From Leptonemataceae bacterium (lineage in GTDB: Bacteria > Spirochaetota > Leptospiria > Leptospirales > Leptonemataceae), in contig OZ245742.1 in assembly GCA_965227295.1 (NCBI GenBank), forward strand, positions 608,001 through 672,000: a DNA stretch of 64,000 nucleotides. The letters are read 5' to 3'. How positions within the stretch are numbered: the first letter of the stretch is position 1; each line of letters opens with the position of its first letter. This document shows positions 19,742 to 29,888 of this stretch, one piece after another. Under the pieces are notes generated by a model. The model saw only the letters and a program-made list of their open reading frames with translations, ran no database searches and was not told the origin of the DNA. The position numbers were made by a program, and so were the translations under genes.

Positions 19742-20407
19742 ATGTTCGAACTCTTCGGATACCTCTTCGAAAATCCCGGCCGCGTGCTCTATCTTACAAT
19801 GGAGCACATCTTTTTGTTCGGAGTGAGCACCGGTATAGCGTGTATGATCGGACTGACCGGCGGCATCGCCGCGTCGCTCCCGGGCCGCGAACGTACCGGA
19901 CGCTGGATCCTCACGCTGTCCGGCGCCGCCCAGGCCGTACCGTCCATCGCCGTCATTGCCCTGATCTACCTGGGCACCGGCGACGGTGCCTTGCCCGCCT
20001 TGATCGCGCTCGTACTGTACAGCCTGGTGCCCGTTCTGTTCAACACGGTCTCCGGCGTACTGAGCGTGCCGCCGGATCTGGTCTACGCCGGGCGTTCTTT
20101 AGGTTACACGGATCGGCAGTTAATGTTTCGCGTGCAGTTGCCGACGGCCGCGCCGGTCATCATGGCCGGGGTGCGCAATGCCGCGGTGATCAACGTGGGC
20201 GCGGCCACCGTGGCCTCGTTCATCGGCGGCGGCGGCCTGGGCGATCTCATCTTCATGGGCATCAAACTCTACCGGCCGGACATGATTTTCGCGGGGGCAT
20301 TACTGTGCGCCCTGCTCGCCTTTATCGCGGACGCCCTCTTAGCTTTACTGGAACGCATGTTAACACCGCGGGGGCTGCGCCTGACTGCCGGAGAACGCGG
20401 CGCATGA
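19742..20407 (+). CDS. Osmoprotectant ABC transporter permease
   Basis: QAVPSIA...LYSLVP...VQLPTAAPVIMAGVR...IGGGGLG. Confidence 0.9.
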   Translation: MFELFGYLFENPGRVLYLTMEHIFLFGVSTGIACMIGLTGGIAASLPGRERTGRWILTLSGAAQAVPSIAVIALIYLGTGDGALPALIALVLYSLVPVLFNTVSGVLSVPPDLVYAGRSLGYTDRQLMFRVQLPTAAPVIMAGVRNAAVINVGAATVASFIGGGGLGDLIFMGIKLYRPDMIFAGALLCALLAFIADALLALLERMLTPRGLRLTAGERGA

Positions 20408-21291
20408 AGTCCCGCCGGGTCATACTCATCGCAATACTCTGCCTGGCGGCCGGCTGTGCCCGGGGCGAACGCGAGATCATCGTCGGCTCGAAACTGCATA
20501 CCGAAGCGCTGATCCACGCCGAAATGACCAGCCGGTTGCTGGAACGACACGGCTTCGACACCACGGAACGCCTGGGCATGGGCAGCATGATTGCACGCCA
20601 GGGTTTGCTCACCGGCCAGCTCGACCTCTACGGAGAGTACACCGGCACGGCCTGGACTTTGTATCACGCCGAGGATCGCACGATCGACGATCCGCGGGAA
20701 CTTTACCGGCGCGTGGCCGAACGCGACGAGCGCGAACACGGCATCGTATGGTTGGGTCGCAGCAACGTGGACAACACCTACGCCCTGGCCGTACAGGAAG
20801 CCTCCGCGCAACATTACGGACGTACGCTTTCGGATCTCGCCGCTTACGTACGCGCGCATCCGGGCGAACTACGTTTCGGTGTCGCCCACGAATTCTATGA
20901 GCGCCCGGACGGTTTCCAGGCCATGATCGAACACTACGACATGCCCGTGGACGAAAGTCGCATCGTTACAATGGACATCGGTCTCTCGTTCGAATCCCTG
21001 GCTCGCGGCCAGATCGACGTGGCCATGGTATTCTCGACGGACGGCAAACTCATTCGCTACAATCTCCTGGTTCTCGAAGACGATCGTCGCTTCTTTCCCG
21101 TCTACAACCTGGCGATTAACATTCGGCGGCCGCTTCTTAAGAAATTTCCCGAACTGGAAACGATCCTGCGACCGCTGGCCACCGAACTCGACAACGCCAC
21201 GATGCAGCGACTCAACTACGCCGTCGACGGCGAGGGCAAACCCGAGGGCCTCGTGGCGGAGGAGTTTTTACGCGAGCGCGGACTACTATGA
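20404..21291 (+). CDS. Osmoprotectant ABC transporter substrate-binding lipoprotein
   Basis: Lipobox LAAGC; VGSKLHTE, EYTGT, NTYALAV, LEDDRRFFPVY; ATG overlaps the permease stop. Confidence 0.9.
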   Translation: MKSRRVILIAILCLAAGCARGEREIIVGSKLHTEALIHAEMTSRLLERHGFDTTERLGMGSMIARQGLLTGQLDLYGEYTGTAWTLYHAEDRTIDDPRELYRRVAERDEREHGIVWLGRSNVDNTYALAVQEASAQHYGRTLSDLAAYVRAHPGELRFGVAHEFYERPDGFQAMIEHYDMPVDESRIVTMDIGLSFESLARGQIDVAMVFSTDGKLIRYNLLVLEDDRRFFPVYNLAINIRRPLLKKFPELETILRPLATELDNATMQRLNYAVDGEGKPEGLVAEEFLRERGLL

Positions 21292-21438
21292 TCAAGAGAG
21301 CCTGCCACGGCAGCGGCTCTTGGTCCCGAAGGAATCGCCGCTCGGCCCGCCGTCCGGCAACGTCGCCGCCCGGATCGGGCGTTCCAGGTTCATGGGCGTT
21401 CCTTGACGTACATCAGGGAACTACCGCACCATGGTCGA

Positions 21439-22242
21439 ATGTCCAGCTACTTCTCCGGTAAGAACTTCCTGGTCACGGGGGCGAGCGGCGGCATCGGCCG
21501 TTCCATTGCCGAAGCCCTCCTCGACCAGGGCGCGAGCGTCGCGGTCATGGCCCGGCGCAAAGAAAAACTCGAGGAGCTCCGCAGCGCCCGGGACACCGCC
21601 TTGCAAAGCCGCGTCCTCGTAACACCGGGCGACGTTTCCAGCGAAAGCGACTGCAATCGCGTGGTCGACGCGGCCGCGAAAACGTTCGGAAGTTTGCACG
21701 GCATCATTCACAACGCCGGCATCTCTCAGCGTTCGCTGGCCGCCGAAACGGACGCGAAGGTCTTTCGCGAAATCATCGACGTCGATTATCTCTCCGCCGT
21801 CTACCTCTACCGCGCCGCCTTTCCCGCGCTGCGTTCCACACGCGGTCACTTCGTGGGCATCTCTTCGATGCAGGGATTGTACTCCACACAGTACCGCTCC
21901 GGCTACGCGGCCGCCAAACACGCCCTCCAGGGATTCCTCGACAGCATTCGCCTGGAAGAGCATGAGTTCGGCGTGCACGTGATGAGCGTGAGCCCGGGCT
22001 TCGTGCAGACGGACATCTCGCTGAACGCGCGGGCGGCCGACGGCAGTTCTCACGGTCAAATGGATGATCGTATTGCCAACGGCCTGCCTCCCGAAGAAGT
22101 CGCTCGCCAGGTACTCGCCGGCATTGCCGCACGCAAACGCGACGTCTTTCCCTCGGGACGCCTGGAAAAGATCGCGCTCTTTTTGAGCAAGTGGTGGCCG
22201 TCGCGCCTGGATAAAATGCTTCTCAAAGCAAGAGTTACATGA
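21439..22242 (+). CDS. Short-chain dehydrogenase/reductase (SDR)
   Basis: TGASGGIG, HNAGISQRS, YAAAKHA (YxxxK), SPGFVQT. Confidence 0.92.
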   Translation: MSSYFSGKNFLVTGASGGIGRSIAEALLDQGASVAVMARRKEKLEELRSARDTALQSRVLVTPGDVSSESDCNRVVDAAAKTFGSLHGIIHNAGISQRSLAAETDAKVFREIIDVDYLSAVYLYRAAFPALRSTRGHFVGISSMQGLYSTQYRSGYAAAKHALQGFLDSIRLEEHEFGVHVMSVSPGFVQTDISLNARAADGSSHGQMDDRIANGLPPEEVARQVLAGIAARKRDVFPSGRLEKIALFLSKWWPSRLDKMLLKARVT

Positions 22243-24110
22243 ACGAACTCACAATCCGCTCTCTCATCCTGGGCATTCTGCTCGCCATTGTTCTGGGCGC
22301 CGCGAATACCTATCTCGGTCTCTACGCCGGCATGACCGTCTCCGCCTCGATCCCGGCGGCGGTCATATCCATGGCCATTCTGCGCGGCCTCTTTCGCTCG
22401 GGGACCATCCGCGAAAACAACATCGTGCAGTCCGTAGCTTCCGCCGGGGAATCCTTAGCGGCCGGCGTCATCTTCACGGTGCCGGCGCTTTTGCTTGTCG
22501 GCGCCTGGCACGAATTCGAGTTCTGGCCCACGACGATGATTGCTCTGTTCGGCGGCGGCCTCGGCGTCATCTTCATGATTCCCCTGCGTCGCGCCTTAAT
22601 CGTCGAACGCAAAGACTTAATCTATCCCGAGGGCGTGGCCTGCGCCGAGGTTCTTCAAGCGGGCGAAGAGGGCGGCTCCGGCATTCGAGCCATCATGGCC
22701 GGCGCCGGCACGGGGGCCGTGCTTAAGATACTTTCAGCGTGGGTTATGATGATTCGCGGCACCGTCGAGGGCGCCTTCGCCTTCGCCGGCAGTCGCGTGG
22801 CCTACTTCGGACTGGACGTCTCCGCGGCCCTCGCGGGCGTCGGCTACATCGTAAAGTTCAACATTGCCGTACTGATCTTTCTCGGCGGCGCCATCGCCTG
22901 GCTGTTGTTTCTACCGATCAGCGGAATCTACGACGCCGGCGGCGCCGTCGCGCCCATCGACTACGCCTGGAGTTTCTGGAACGCGAAGATTCGTTACGTC
23001 GGTGTCGGTGCAATGTTGATCGGGGCGATCGAATCACTCTGGGCCGTGCGCAAGGGCGTGGCCGGCAGCCTGATGAACATCGGCGCGTCACTCAAGAACG
23101 ACGACGAGAATCGCACGGATCGCGACATCGCGCTCTGGCACCTGGGCGTGTTGCTGCTCGCGGCGTTCTTCGGCACGGTGTATTTGTACGATTTTATTTT
23201 GAACGAAACCGGCCACGACATCCCCGCCTCCGCGCCCTGGATTGTGGCCGTTGTGATGATCCTCGCCGCGTTTTTGTTTGTCGCCTTAGCTTCGTACATT
23301 GTAGGCTTAGTCGGATCGTCCAACTCGCCGGTGTCCGGCATGACCATCTGCGCGCTGTTGTTGACGTCCGGCGTCGTCCTCGCGCTGGGTCTGCAAAGCG
23401 AGGACTCGGCTCTCGCGATCCTCGGTGTGGCGGGCGTCGTTTGCTGCGCGACCTGTACCAGCGGAGACATCTCCCAGGATCTCAAGACCGGTTATCTGGT
23501 GCGGGCCACGCCGTACAAACAACAGTGGGCCGAACTCGCGGGCGTCGTGGCCGCCGCGCCGATCTTCGCCTACGTGCTCACATTGCTCAACGACGCCTAC
23601 GGCATCGGCACCGGCGAACCGGGCGCGCTCAAGGCGCCCCAGGCCGCGCTCTTCGCGGGCATCACGCGCGCGCTGGTCGGCGAAGGCGAGTTGCCGTACG
23701 ACATGGTGGCCGCCGGCGCGCTCATCGGCGTGGCGTTTCTCGCGATCAATCCGTTCTTAAAACGCACGGGCACGGACTTTCGGTTTCACATCATGCCCAT
23801 CGCCGTGGGCATCTACTTACCGCTGTCGCTCAGCGTTGCGATCTTAATCGGCGGTGTGTTGCGGTTAGTGGTCGATCGAATGCGCGCACGGGAAGGCGAC
23901 GGCGAAGTCAGCGAAGGCCGAGACGGCGGCGTGCTGTTCGCGTCGGGACTGATTGCCGGAGAATCGCTCGCGGGCATTGCGATAGCGATTCTGATCGCGC
24001 AATCCCTGGCCGGCGCGCCGGAGTTCTTGCAATGGAAGAGTAATTTGCTCGGGATCGCGGTTTTCGGCGGCGTGTTGTGGTTGTTTTATCGGTATGCGCG
24101 GGGGCGGTGA
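22239..24110 (+). CDS. Oligopeptide transporter, OPT family
   Basis: YLGLYAGMTVSASIPAAV, ENNIVQ, YPEGVAC, GSSNSPVSGM, QDLKTGYL, APQA. Confidence 0.95.
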   Translation: MNELTIRSLILGILLAIVLGAANTYLGLYAGMTVSASIPAAVISMAILRGLFRSGTIRENNIVQSVASAGESLAAGVIFTVPALLLVGAWHEFEFWPTTMIALFGGGLGVIFMIPLRRALIVERKDLIYPEGVACAEVLQAGEEGGSGIRAIMAGAGTGAVLKILSAWVMMIRGTVEGAFAFAGSRVAYFGLDVSAALAGVGYIVKFNIAVLIFLGGAIAWLLFLPISGIYDAGGAVAPIDYAWSFWNAKIRYVGVGAMLIGAIESLWAVRKGVAGSLMNIGASLKNDDENRTDRDIALWHLGVLLLAAFFGTVYLYDFILNETGHDIPASAPWIVAVVMILAAFLFVALASYIVGLVGSSNSPVSGMTICALLLTSGVVLALGLQSEDSALAILGVAGVVCCATCTSGDISQDLKTGYLVRATPYKQQWAELAGVVAAAPIFAYVLTLLNDAYGIGTGEPGALKAPQAALFAGITRALVGEGELPYDMVAAGALIGVAFLAINPFLKRTGTDFRFHIMPIAVGIYLPLSLSVAILIGGVLRLVVDRMRAREGDGEVSEGRDGGVLFASGLIAGESLAGIAIAILIAQSLAGAPEFLQWKSNLLGIAVFGGVLWLFYRYARGR

Positions 24111-24114
24111 GGGA

Positions 24115-24510
24115 TTACTTGCTCACGGCGAGCCTGCGTAACGTGTCAGCAATCGCCTCTTTTTCGAGACGGCCGGAGGCGACTTCTATCATCATGTCGT
24201 AGAGTTCTCCGACCGGTTCGTTTATCGCGATACCATTCAAAATCAGAAAAAAGAGGCCGCTTGCCAGGGCCGTCCGCTTGTTGCCATCGATAAAGGGATG
24301 ATTTTGACAGATATGATAGATATATACAGACGCGACTTCAAACAGATCCGTGTAGAAAGACCGCCCTCCAAAACTCGCTTCCGCTGCCTCAACCGCTGAC
24401 TCCAACAAGTGACGGTCTCGAACTCCTTCCCCCCCGCCATGAAGCGCCAGTTGGTTTGCATGAATTTCGTAAACGTCCGGGACAGTGAGGTAGCGGAACT
24501 CCCCGGTCAT
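24115..24510 (-). CDS. doc: Type II toxin, death-on-curing (Doc/Fic) family
   Basis: H...L..HGG.EGVRD..LLESA and HPFIDGNKRT motif. Confidence 0.9.
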   Translation of the reverse strand: MTGEFRYLTVPDVYEIHANQLALHGGGEGVRDRHLLESAVEAAEASFGGRSFYTDLFEVASVYIYHICQNHPFIDGNKRTALASGLFFLILNGIAINEPVGELYDMMIEVASGRLEKEAIADTLRRLAVSK

Positions 24511-25157
24511 TGAGCGAGCTTCTTCAATGTTTCGCCATGTCTTGCGTTGACCTGTTCCATGGTTCCGGCCCATACGGGGCTCAAAGCTCGAAGGAAATCA
24601 TCCTTGTTTTGCAATCTCAGGTAGCAGGCGCCGGCACTCGAAACTGCCGAATCCACGAGTTCCACGACTGACGGTAATTGGTTCGACTCATCGGGCAGCA
24701 TGATCTTCCATGCGCTTACCCGTTCTTGAAGAAACTCTCGAACGATAGATCCCCGCAGCTCTTCAAGTTTTGCGGCAAGATCTTGCTGAATGACTTCGAG
24801 CCAGGGCTCATACTCGGGCGATATGTCAGCGGTCGTAACCAACCGATCGATTCGTACGTTTTGTCCGGGCCGTGCAGACGTAAATGTGAGCAGGAATTCG
24901 GGAAGCTCCCTCAACTCGATTCCCTCAGAGAAACCATCGATACTCAGAGAAACTTGATCGTTGTACTCGTATACGTAATGTCTGCCCGCCATCTCCGTAA
25001 GCCCCATCCGATACGAATCGTCTCTGCCAAGCAAATCGGCACGATCCACTCGAAACTGGTTCAGCGGAAAACCCGGCGATTCGGCACGGATCGCCGCAAG
25101 ATCTCTGCGCAATTCTCTCAGAATCTCAAACGAGTTTGTCGAACGGACCTTGCCCAT
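24507..25157 (-). CDS. Putative Doc antitoxin with a large unknown N-terminal domain
   Basis: Stop overlaps the doc start (ATGA). C-terminal MEQVNARHGETLKKLAQ resembles the terminal helix of Doc-neutralising antitoxins. Confidence 0.55.
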   Translation of the reverse strand: MGKVRSTNSFEILRELRRDLAAIRAESPGFPLNQFRVDRADLLGRDDSYRMGLTEMAGRHYVYEYNDQVSLSIDGFSEGIELRELPEFLLTFTSARPGQNVRIDRLVTTADISPEYEPWLEVIQQDLAAKLEELRGSIVREFLQERVSAWKIMLPDESNQLPSVVELVDSAVSSAGACYLRLQNKDDFLRALSPVWAGTMEQVNARHGETLKKLAQ

Positions 25158-25227
25158 ACCTTATCGATACCCTGAAAATTCGAATCCGCAACTAAAAATT
25201 ACAAGACTGAATCGCTCAATTCACGCC

Positions 25228-26328
25228 TCACCGCACCACACCCGCCTCCCGATCCACAAACTCCGCGACGTCCACCACCAGCTCTTTCGCAACGTAACGA
25301 ATCTGCCGGCCGGCCGAGGACTTCGTGATTTTTATGCGCCGGTCGCTCTGCCATACGAGCAGGTTCAGATTCCGTACGTTTTCGGTGCGCGTCACCGTCT
25401 TTGCATCCGAGTAGAGCACCGAGCCCGAAGACGCGTCCACCATGCGCAGGTCCATGGCCACGTCGATGTCGAGGTCCATGTTGTCCCATTCCACGCCGTA
25501 GTCCCAGAACTCCGAGTTGAGCGGCACCACGAATAAGAGGCGGAGCATGGCACCCCAGACGAATTCGCGCAGTTCGCGATCCTGAATAAAGAACGAGGCC
25601 GCAAGCACGATCACCCACAGCGGGACCTTCCAGAAATCGCGCTCCTGGCGAATCTCGAAGTCCGTGAGCGAACCGTAGAAAATGTAGCGGATGTTCAATT
25701 CTTCCGCGGCCGCGCGCACGGCCGCGGCCTCGTCCAGTCCGCGTTCCTGTGCAGCGCGCACCTTGTTCTTAAAGATAAAGTCCGGCACGACCTCGAAGCG
25801 CCCCGATTGAAAGAGCGTCGTCTCCGTTACCTCACGGGCGAGCGTGCCCGTATCCACCTGTTCGACTTCCGGTAGCGGCTTTTCGGTTTCGTCTAACGGT
25901 TTCGGCGGAGCGGGGACGTCTTCGGACGATTCTTTGTCCGGCGCCGGCGGAACGGCTTCTTCGCTTTCGCTATCCGGCACGGTGTCCGGAGAAAACACGT
26001 CCGGTGAAGTGTCCCTGTTGCGTTGTTGCTCCGGTGTCACTCCGTATTGGGGCGCGTCGGTGTGCGGATCGTTACGCTGGTTGATCGTATACTCGTTGTA
26101 GTGGCCGTCGGGGATAACATCAAACTGGCGAATGTCAGCAGCGTTGCGGAATTCGAGCAGGGTCACGCGAATGCGTTCAAAGTTCTCCGGCGCCGGCGGA
26201 AGCTCCGGACCGGCCGCTTCGATTTCGGTGTACTCCGTCGGCAGCAACGAGGCGCAGCGCGTGCCGAGGGCGGCGATATAAACCGCGACGGTGAGCGCGG
26301 CGATGCGACGGATACGTACTGAGAGCAC
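25228..26328 (-). CDS. CsgG/HfaB-like lipoprotein with Pro/acidic linker and hydrophobic insertion
   Basis: VTLLEFRN...LFQSGRFEVV...GSLTDFE...MDLRMVDASSGSVLYS; GGAGG RBS before GTG; signal peptide ending in Cys. Confidence 0.65.
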   Translation of the reverse strand: MLSVRIRRIAALTVAVYIAALGTRCASLLPTEYTEIEAAGPELPPAPENFERIRVTLLEFRNAADIRQFDVIPDGHYNEYTINQRNDPHTDAPQYGVTPEQQRNRDTSPDVFSPDTVPDSESEEAVPPAPDKESSEDVPAPPKPLDETEKPLPEVEQVDTGTLAREVTETTLFQSGRFEVVPDFIFKNKVRAAQERGLDEAAAVRAAAEELNIRYIFYGSLTDFEIRQERDFWKVPLWVIVLAASFFIQDRELREFVWGAMLRLLFVVPLNSEFWDYGVEWDNMDLDIDVAMDLRMVDASSGSVLYSDAKTVTRTENVRNLNLLVWQSDRRIKITKSSAGRQIRYVAKELVVDVAEFVDREAGVVR

Positions 26329-26347
26329 GACGGCCTCCCTCCGCCGC

Positions 26348-27061
26348 TCACTGCGGCGGCAGGCTATCGATGAGTTTCACGACCATGTCGCGCATCGCGT
26401 AGCGCAGCAGGGTGCCGCCGCTGGACTTGAGGATTTTCGTATCGTAGCCGCCGCCGGAAAACAGAATGCCCGCGGATTTGGACGTATCCGTGCGGCGGTT
26501 CTCCACGACGTCGGCGACGACGATGTTCCCGTCGGGGGCGGTGACCATGCGAAAGTCGATGCCGGTATCGACGACGTAGGACTCGGTGCGCTGCGAGCCG
26601 AGCAGACCGAAGAACACGCAGAATCCCGACGACTCTTTGCGAATCTCAAAGTTCGTGAGCGTGCCGGTCAGAAAGAACTCGGCGCCGAAGCGTTCGTTCA
26701 GTTCGGCCAGGGACTCCGGCGAAAGCTGGCTCTGGTTCTTGACGACGCTCTCCACGAAGGACGGCTCGATGATTTCGAAGTATCCGCTGCGGAGCATGAG
26801 CGTGGTGAGCTGGGCCGTGGCCGGGTCCACCAGGAAATCCCGGCCGGTCTGGTTCCGAAAGTTTACCAGAGCCACCTTGACACGCTTCGTGCCGGCCGGG
26901 GCCCGGGGCACGTCCACCGCGGATTCGGTGGTCTCGTACTGCGTCGGCTGGGGTGACAGACAGGCCGTCCCGCCGAAGAGGCTCAGGGCGCAGACGGCGG
27001 TGAGCAAGATGCGCGTGCGGCTCGTGTGAATTGTGTATTGGAAGAAAGTGCGTTGGTTCAT
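26348..27061 (-). CDS. CsgG/HfaB family lipoprotein
   Basis: Lipobox-like FGGTAC; VALVNFRN, LRSGYFEIIE, TGTLTNFE, IDFRMVTAPDGNIV. Confidence 0.7.
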   Translation of the reverse strand: MNQRTFFQYTIHTSRTRILLTAVCALSLFGGTACLSPQPTQYETTESAVDVPRAPAGTKRVKVALVNFRNQTGRDFLVDPATAQLTTLMLRSGYFEIIEPSFVESVVKNQSQLSPESLAELNERFGAEFFLTGTLTNFEIRKESSGFCVFFGLLGSQRTESYVVDTGIDFRMVTAPDGNIVVADVVENRRTDTSKSAGILFSGGGYDTKILKSSGGTLLRYAMRDMVVKLIDSLPPQ

Positions 27062-27213
27062 GGTGTGATCGTCCGGCTGATAGTACAAAACACATACGAT
27101 TTCGGCGAGGGTATGGCAAGCCGAATCCGTCGTACCGCCTTTGGACGGATCGAGATTCGTCCGGGTTCACCGCGGGCGTGGGGTCCCGCGGAATTCTGAC
27201 GATACTAGGAGCA

Positions 27214-28230
27214 GTGCGCAGGAGTTCCTACATCTTTTCCGCGGCCGTGTGCCTGGCCCTGATTCCCATCCCCGGGCGGGCTCAGGGAATTCCAGCCGGG
27301 CAGTATGCCGCGCAGGAGTTCCTACAACCCCTGGAGATCCTGCCGTCCGACCGCATCCCCGCCGCGACGTTCGGCCGAACCGATCGCGATTTCATTGTGT
27401 GCCTGGGACCGAACTTCCAGCCCCTTCCGGAGCCACCGCCCGCCGCTGCCCCCGATTCGGCGCGCATCAACAACACGATTCTGGCGACACTGCGCACCGT
27501 CGGCCGGGATGATCTCCAGCCGTTACGTAAGGCCCTCGTCGATTACCGCCAGGCCCTCGCCGGCGATCCACGTTTCCTGGCCTATCTCTACAACGCCGGC
27601 CGCATCAGCCTGATCCTGGGCGACCTGGAGGAGGCCCGCCTCTACTTCGAACGCGCCCGGGCCGAGCTGCCGGAGTTCGCCGGTGTCTACGAAAACCTGG
27701 GCGCCGTGCACGAGGCCCTGATCCGTCGCGGTCATCCCGGCGAACATCTCGGCTACGAACGTTCGCGTCATGCGCGTTTTGCCCTGGCCGCCTACCGCGA
27801 AATGCAAAAGCGCGATCCCTTCGATCTACGCCCGATGATCCTGCTCGGCAACTTTTACCTGCGCGCCGGCGAACTCCATCGCGCGCGCGAGTACTTTGAC
27901 GGTGTGATCGAACGCCTCCCGGAATCGGCGGACGCGCACCTGGGTCTCGCGCGCATCGACGTCGCGAACGGAAAGTACAACGCGGCGCGGCGCCGGCTCG
28001 CGAAGATCGAGCCGCACTACCCGGGCGGAATTGTGGAGAAGGACGGCTACGATCGGCGGCTCTACTTCGAACGCGCGCGAGTCTACGAGCGGCTGAACGA
28101 CTACGCGGCTGCCGTGCGAGAGTATGATCGGCTGCTGGCCCCGGAGCAGCAGGAAGATCGGGTATGGCTGGAATTATCCCGGGCGGGGGTACAGAAGATG
28201 CGCGAGGCTACAGCGAATCGTTTGCAATAA
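27214..28230 (+). CDS. Exported tetratricopeptide-repeat protein
   Basis: AGGAG RBS plus GTG 27214; signal peptide; TPR units (YNAGRISL..GDLEEA..YFERA, LGNFYLRAGELHRA). Confidence 0.75.
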   Translation: MRRSSYIFSAAVCLALIPIPGRAQGIPAGQYAAQEFLQPLEILPSDRIPAATFGRTDRDFIVCLGPNFQPLPEPPPAAAPDSARINNTILATLRTVGRDDLQPLRKALVDYRQALAGDPRFLAYLYNAGRISLILGDLEEARLYFERARAELPEFAGVYENLGAVHEALIRRGHPGEHLGYERSRHARFALAAYREMQKRDPFDLRPMILLGNFYLRAGELHRAREYFDGVIERLPESADAHLGLARIDVANGKYNAARRRLAKIEPHYPGGIVEKDGYDRRLYFERARVYERLNDYAAAVREYDRLLAPEQQEDRVWLELSRAGVQKMREATANRLQ

Positions 28231-28272
28231 ACCGGTGTGCGTCGCGCGCGATTCTCTTCATATTGAAAGCGC

Positions 28273-29856
28273 ATGTCCGATCGCCCCCGCACCGGCCGGC
28301 CGCCGTTCGATCCCGACGACCCGCGGATCCAACGCGGAACCTATCGCAACATCAACAGCGCGCGCGTCTTCGTACGGCGCGAGGGGCGGCCGAATCCCGA
28401 CGGTCGTTATGTTCTCTACTGGATGCAGATCCACCGGCGCCTGCATCACAACCATGCGCTGGAGTACGCGGTAGGCTGGGCCAATGCCCTGAACAAACCG
28501 CTCTTGATTTTTGAGGCGCTGCGCTGCGATTATCCCTGGGCCAGCGATCGTTGCCATGCGTTCATCTTGCAGGGCATGGCCGAACACGCGTACGTCGCGA
28601 AAGAACGCGCCCTGAACTACTTTCCGTACTTAGAAGCACGTCCGGGTGACGGCCAGGGCCTGCTCGAAGTTCTCGCGCAGGATGCGGCCCTCGTCGTCTC
28701 CGACGAGTTCCCGGCGTACATCATTCCCGGCCACAATCGCGGGGCGGAAAAAATTCTGAACGTTCCGTTCGTGACCATCGATGCGAACGGCCTCATCCCG
28801 TTGGGCCTGAGCGAAAAGGCGCCCTACTCCGCGTATCTCTTTCGTAAGATCTTACAGACAAAGTTCATCGAGGCCTACGAACACGCGCCGCGCGAACATC
28901 CCCTGGACGAACTCAAGAACACAAACGCCGTGCAACCACCGGCCGGCGTGCGCAAACGCTGGCCCGGTGCGCAGGCACATCTTGCAAACGAAAGCGCCAT
29001 CGCGGAGTTCGTAGCGGGCCTGAACAGCCTGGATCATAACATTCCCGCGCTGAAACTTAAGGGCGGGCGCGCGGCCGGCGTGCAACGTCTCCGGGACTTC
29101 GTGCGGCACCGGCTGGATCGTTACGGGGCGGATCGCAACGATCCGGATGTCGGCGGGAGCAGCGGGCTCAGCCCGTATCTGCACTTCGGTCAAGTCTCGG
29201 CCTTTGAGATCGTACACGCGGTCCTGCGGCATCAGCCGGAGGGCTGGGACTATCGCGGGCTGAAGAACAACAAGGGTTCGAAAGGTTTCTTCTCGGCGCG
29301 CATCGGCGGCGTGAGCGGCTCGCCGGACGTGGACGACTTCCTCGATGAAGCACTCACCTGGCGGGAGACCGGTTATCATTTTTGCCATCATGAGCCGGAG
29401 TACGATCGCTTTGATTCGCTGCCGGACTGGGTGCGGACCACCCTGAACGCCCACGCCGACGATCCGCGGGAGTACGTCTACGATCTCGAAGACTTCGCGA
29501 ACGCACGCACGCACAACGAGGTCTGGAACGCGGCCCAGCGCCAGCTCGCGACCGAAGGAATCATTCACAATTACCTGCGCATGGTGTGGGGTAAAAAGAT
29601 CGTGGAGTGGACGGCGCATCCCCGGGAGGCGCTGGAGATTATGATCGAACTGAACAACCGCTACGCCATCGACGGGCGCAATCCGAACAGCTACTCCGGC
29701 ATCTTCTGGGTTCTCGGCCGCTTCGATCGCCCCTGGCAGGAACGCGAAATCTTCGGCACGATTCGATACATGAGTACGGCGAGTGCGCGCAAGAAGGTCC
29801 GCATGGACGAGTGCCTGAAGCGCTACGGCGATGCGCCCGGCCTGGCTTTTCGTTGA
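28273..29856 (+). CDS. phrB: Deoxyribodipyrimidine photolyase, class II CPD type
   Basis: YVLYWM, SGLSPYLHFGQVS, WNAAQRQL..EG.IHNYLRMVWGKKI.EW, DGRNPNSYSGI.W. Confidence 0.92.
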   Translation: MSDRPRTGRPPFDPDDPRIQRGTYRNINSARVFVRREGRPNPDGRYVLYWMQIHRRLHHNHALEYAVGWANALNKPLLIFEALRCDYPWASDRCHAFILQGMAEHAYVAKERALNYFPYLEARPGDGQGLLEVLAQDAALVVSDEFPAYIIPGHNRGAEKILNVPFVTIDANGLIPLGLSEKAPYSAYLFRKILQTKFIEAYEHAPREHPLDELKNTNAVQPPAGVRKRWPGAQAHLANESAIAEFVAGLNSLDHNIPALKLKGGRAAGVQRLRDFVRHRLDRYGADRNDPDVGGSSGLSPYLHFGQVSAFEIVHAVLRHQPEGWDYRGLKNNKGSKGFFSARIGGVSGSPDVDDFLDEALTWRETGYHFCHHEPEYDRFDSLPDWVRTTLNAHADDPREYVYDLEDFANARTHNEVWNAAQRQLATEGIIHNYLRMVWGKKIVEWTAHPREALEIMIELNNRYAIDGRNPNSYSGIFWVLGRFDRPWQEREIFGTIRYMSTASARKKVRMDECLKRYGDAPGLAFR

Positions 29857-29888
29857 CACAGGTTGGGCCGACCGGTTTCTAGCAAGCC

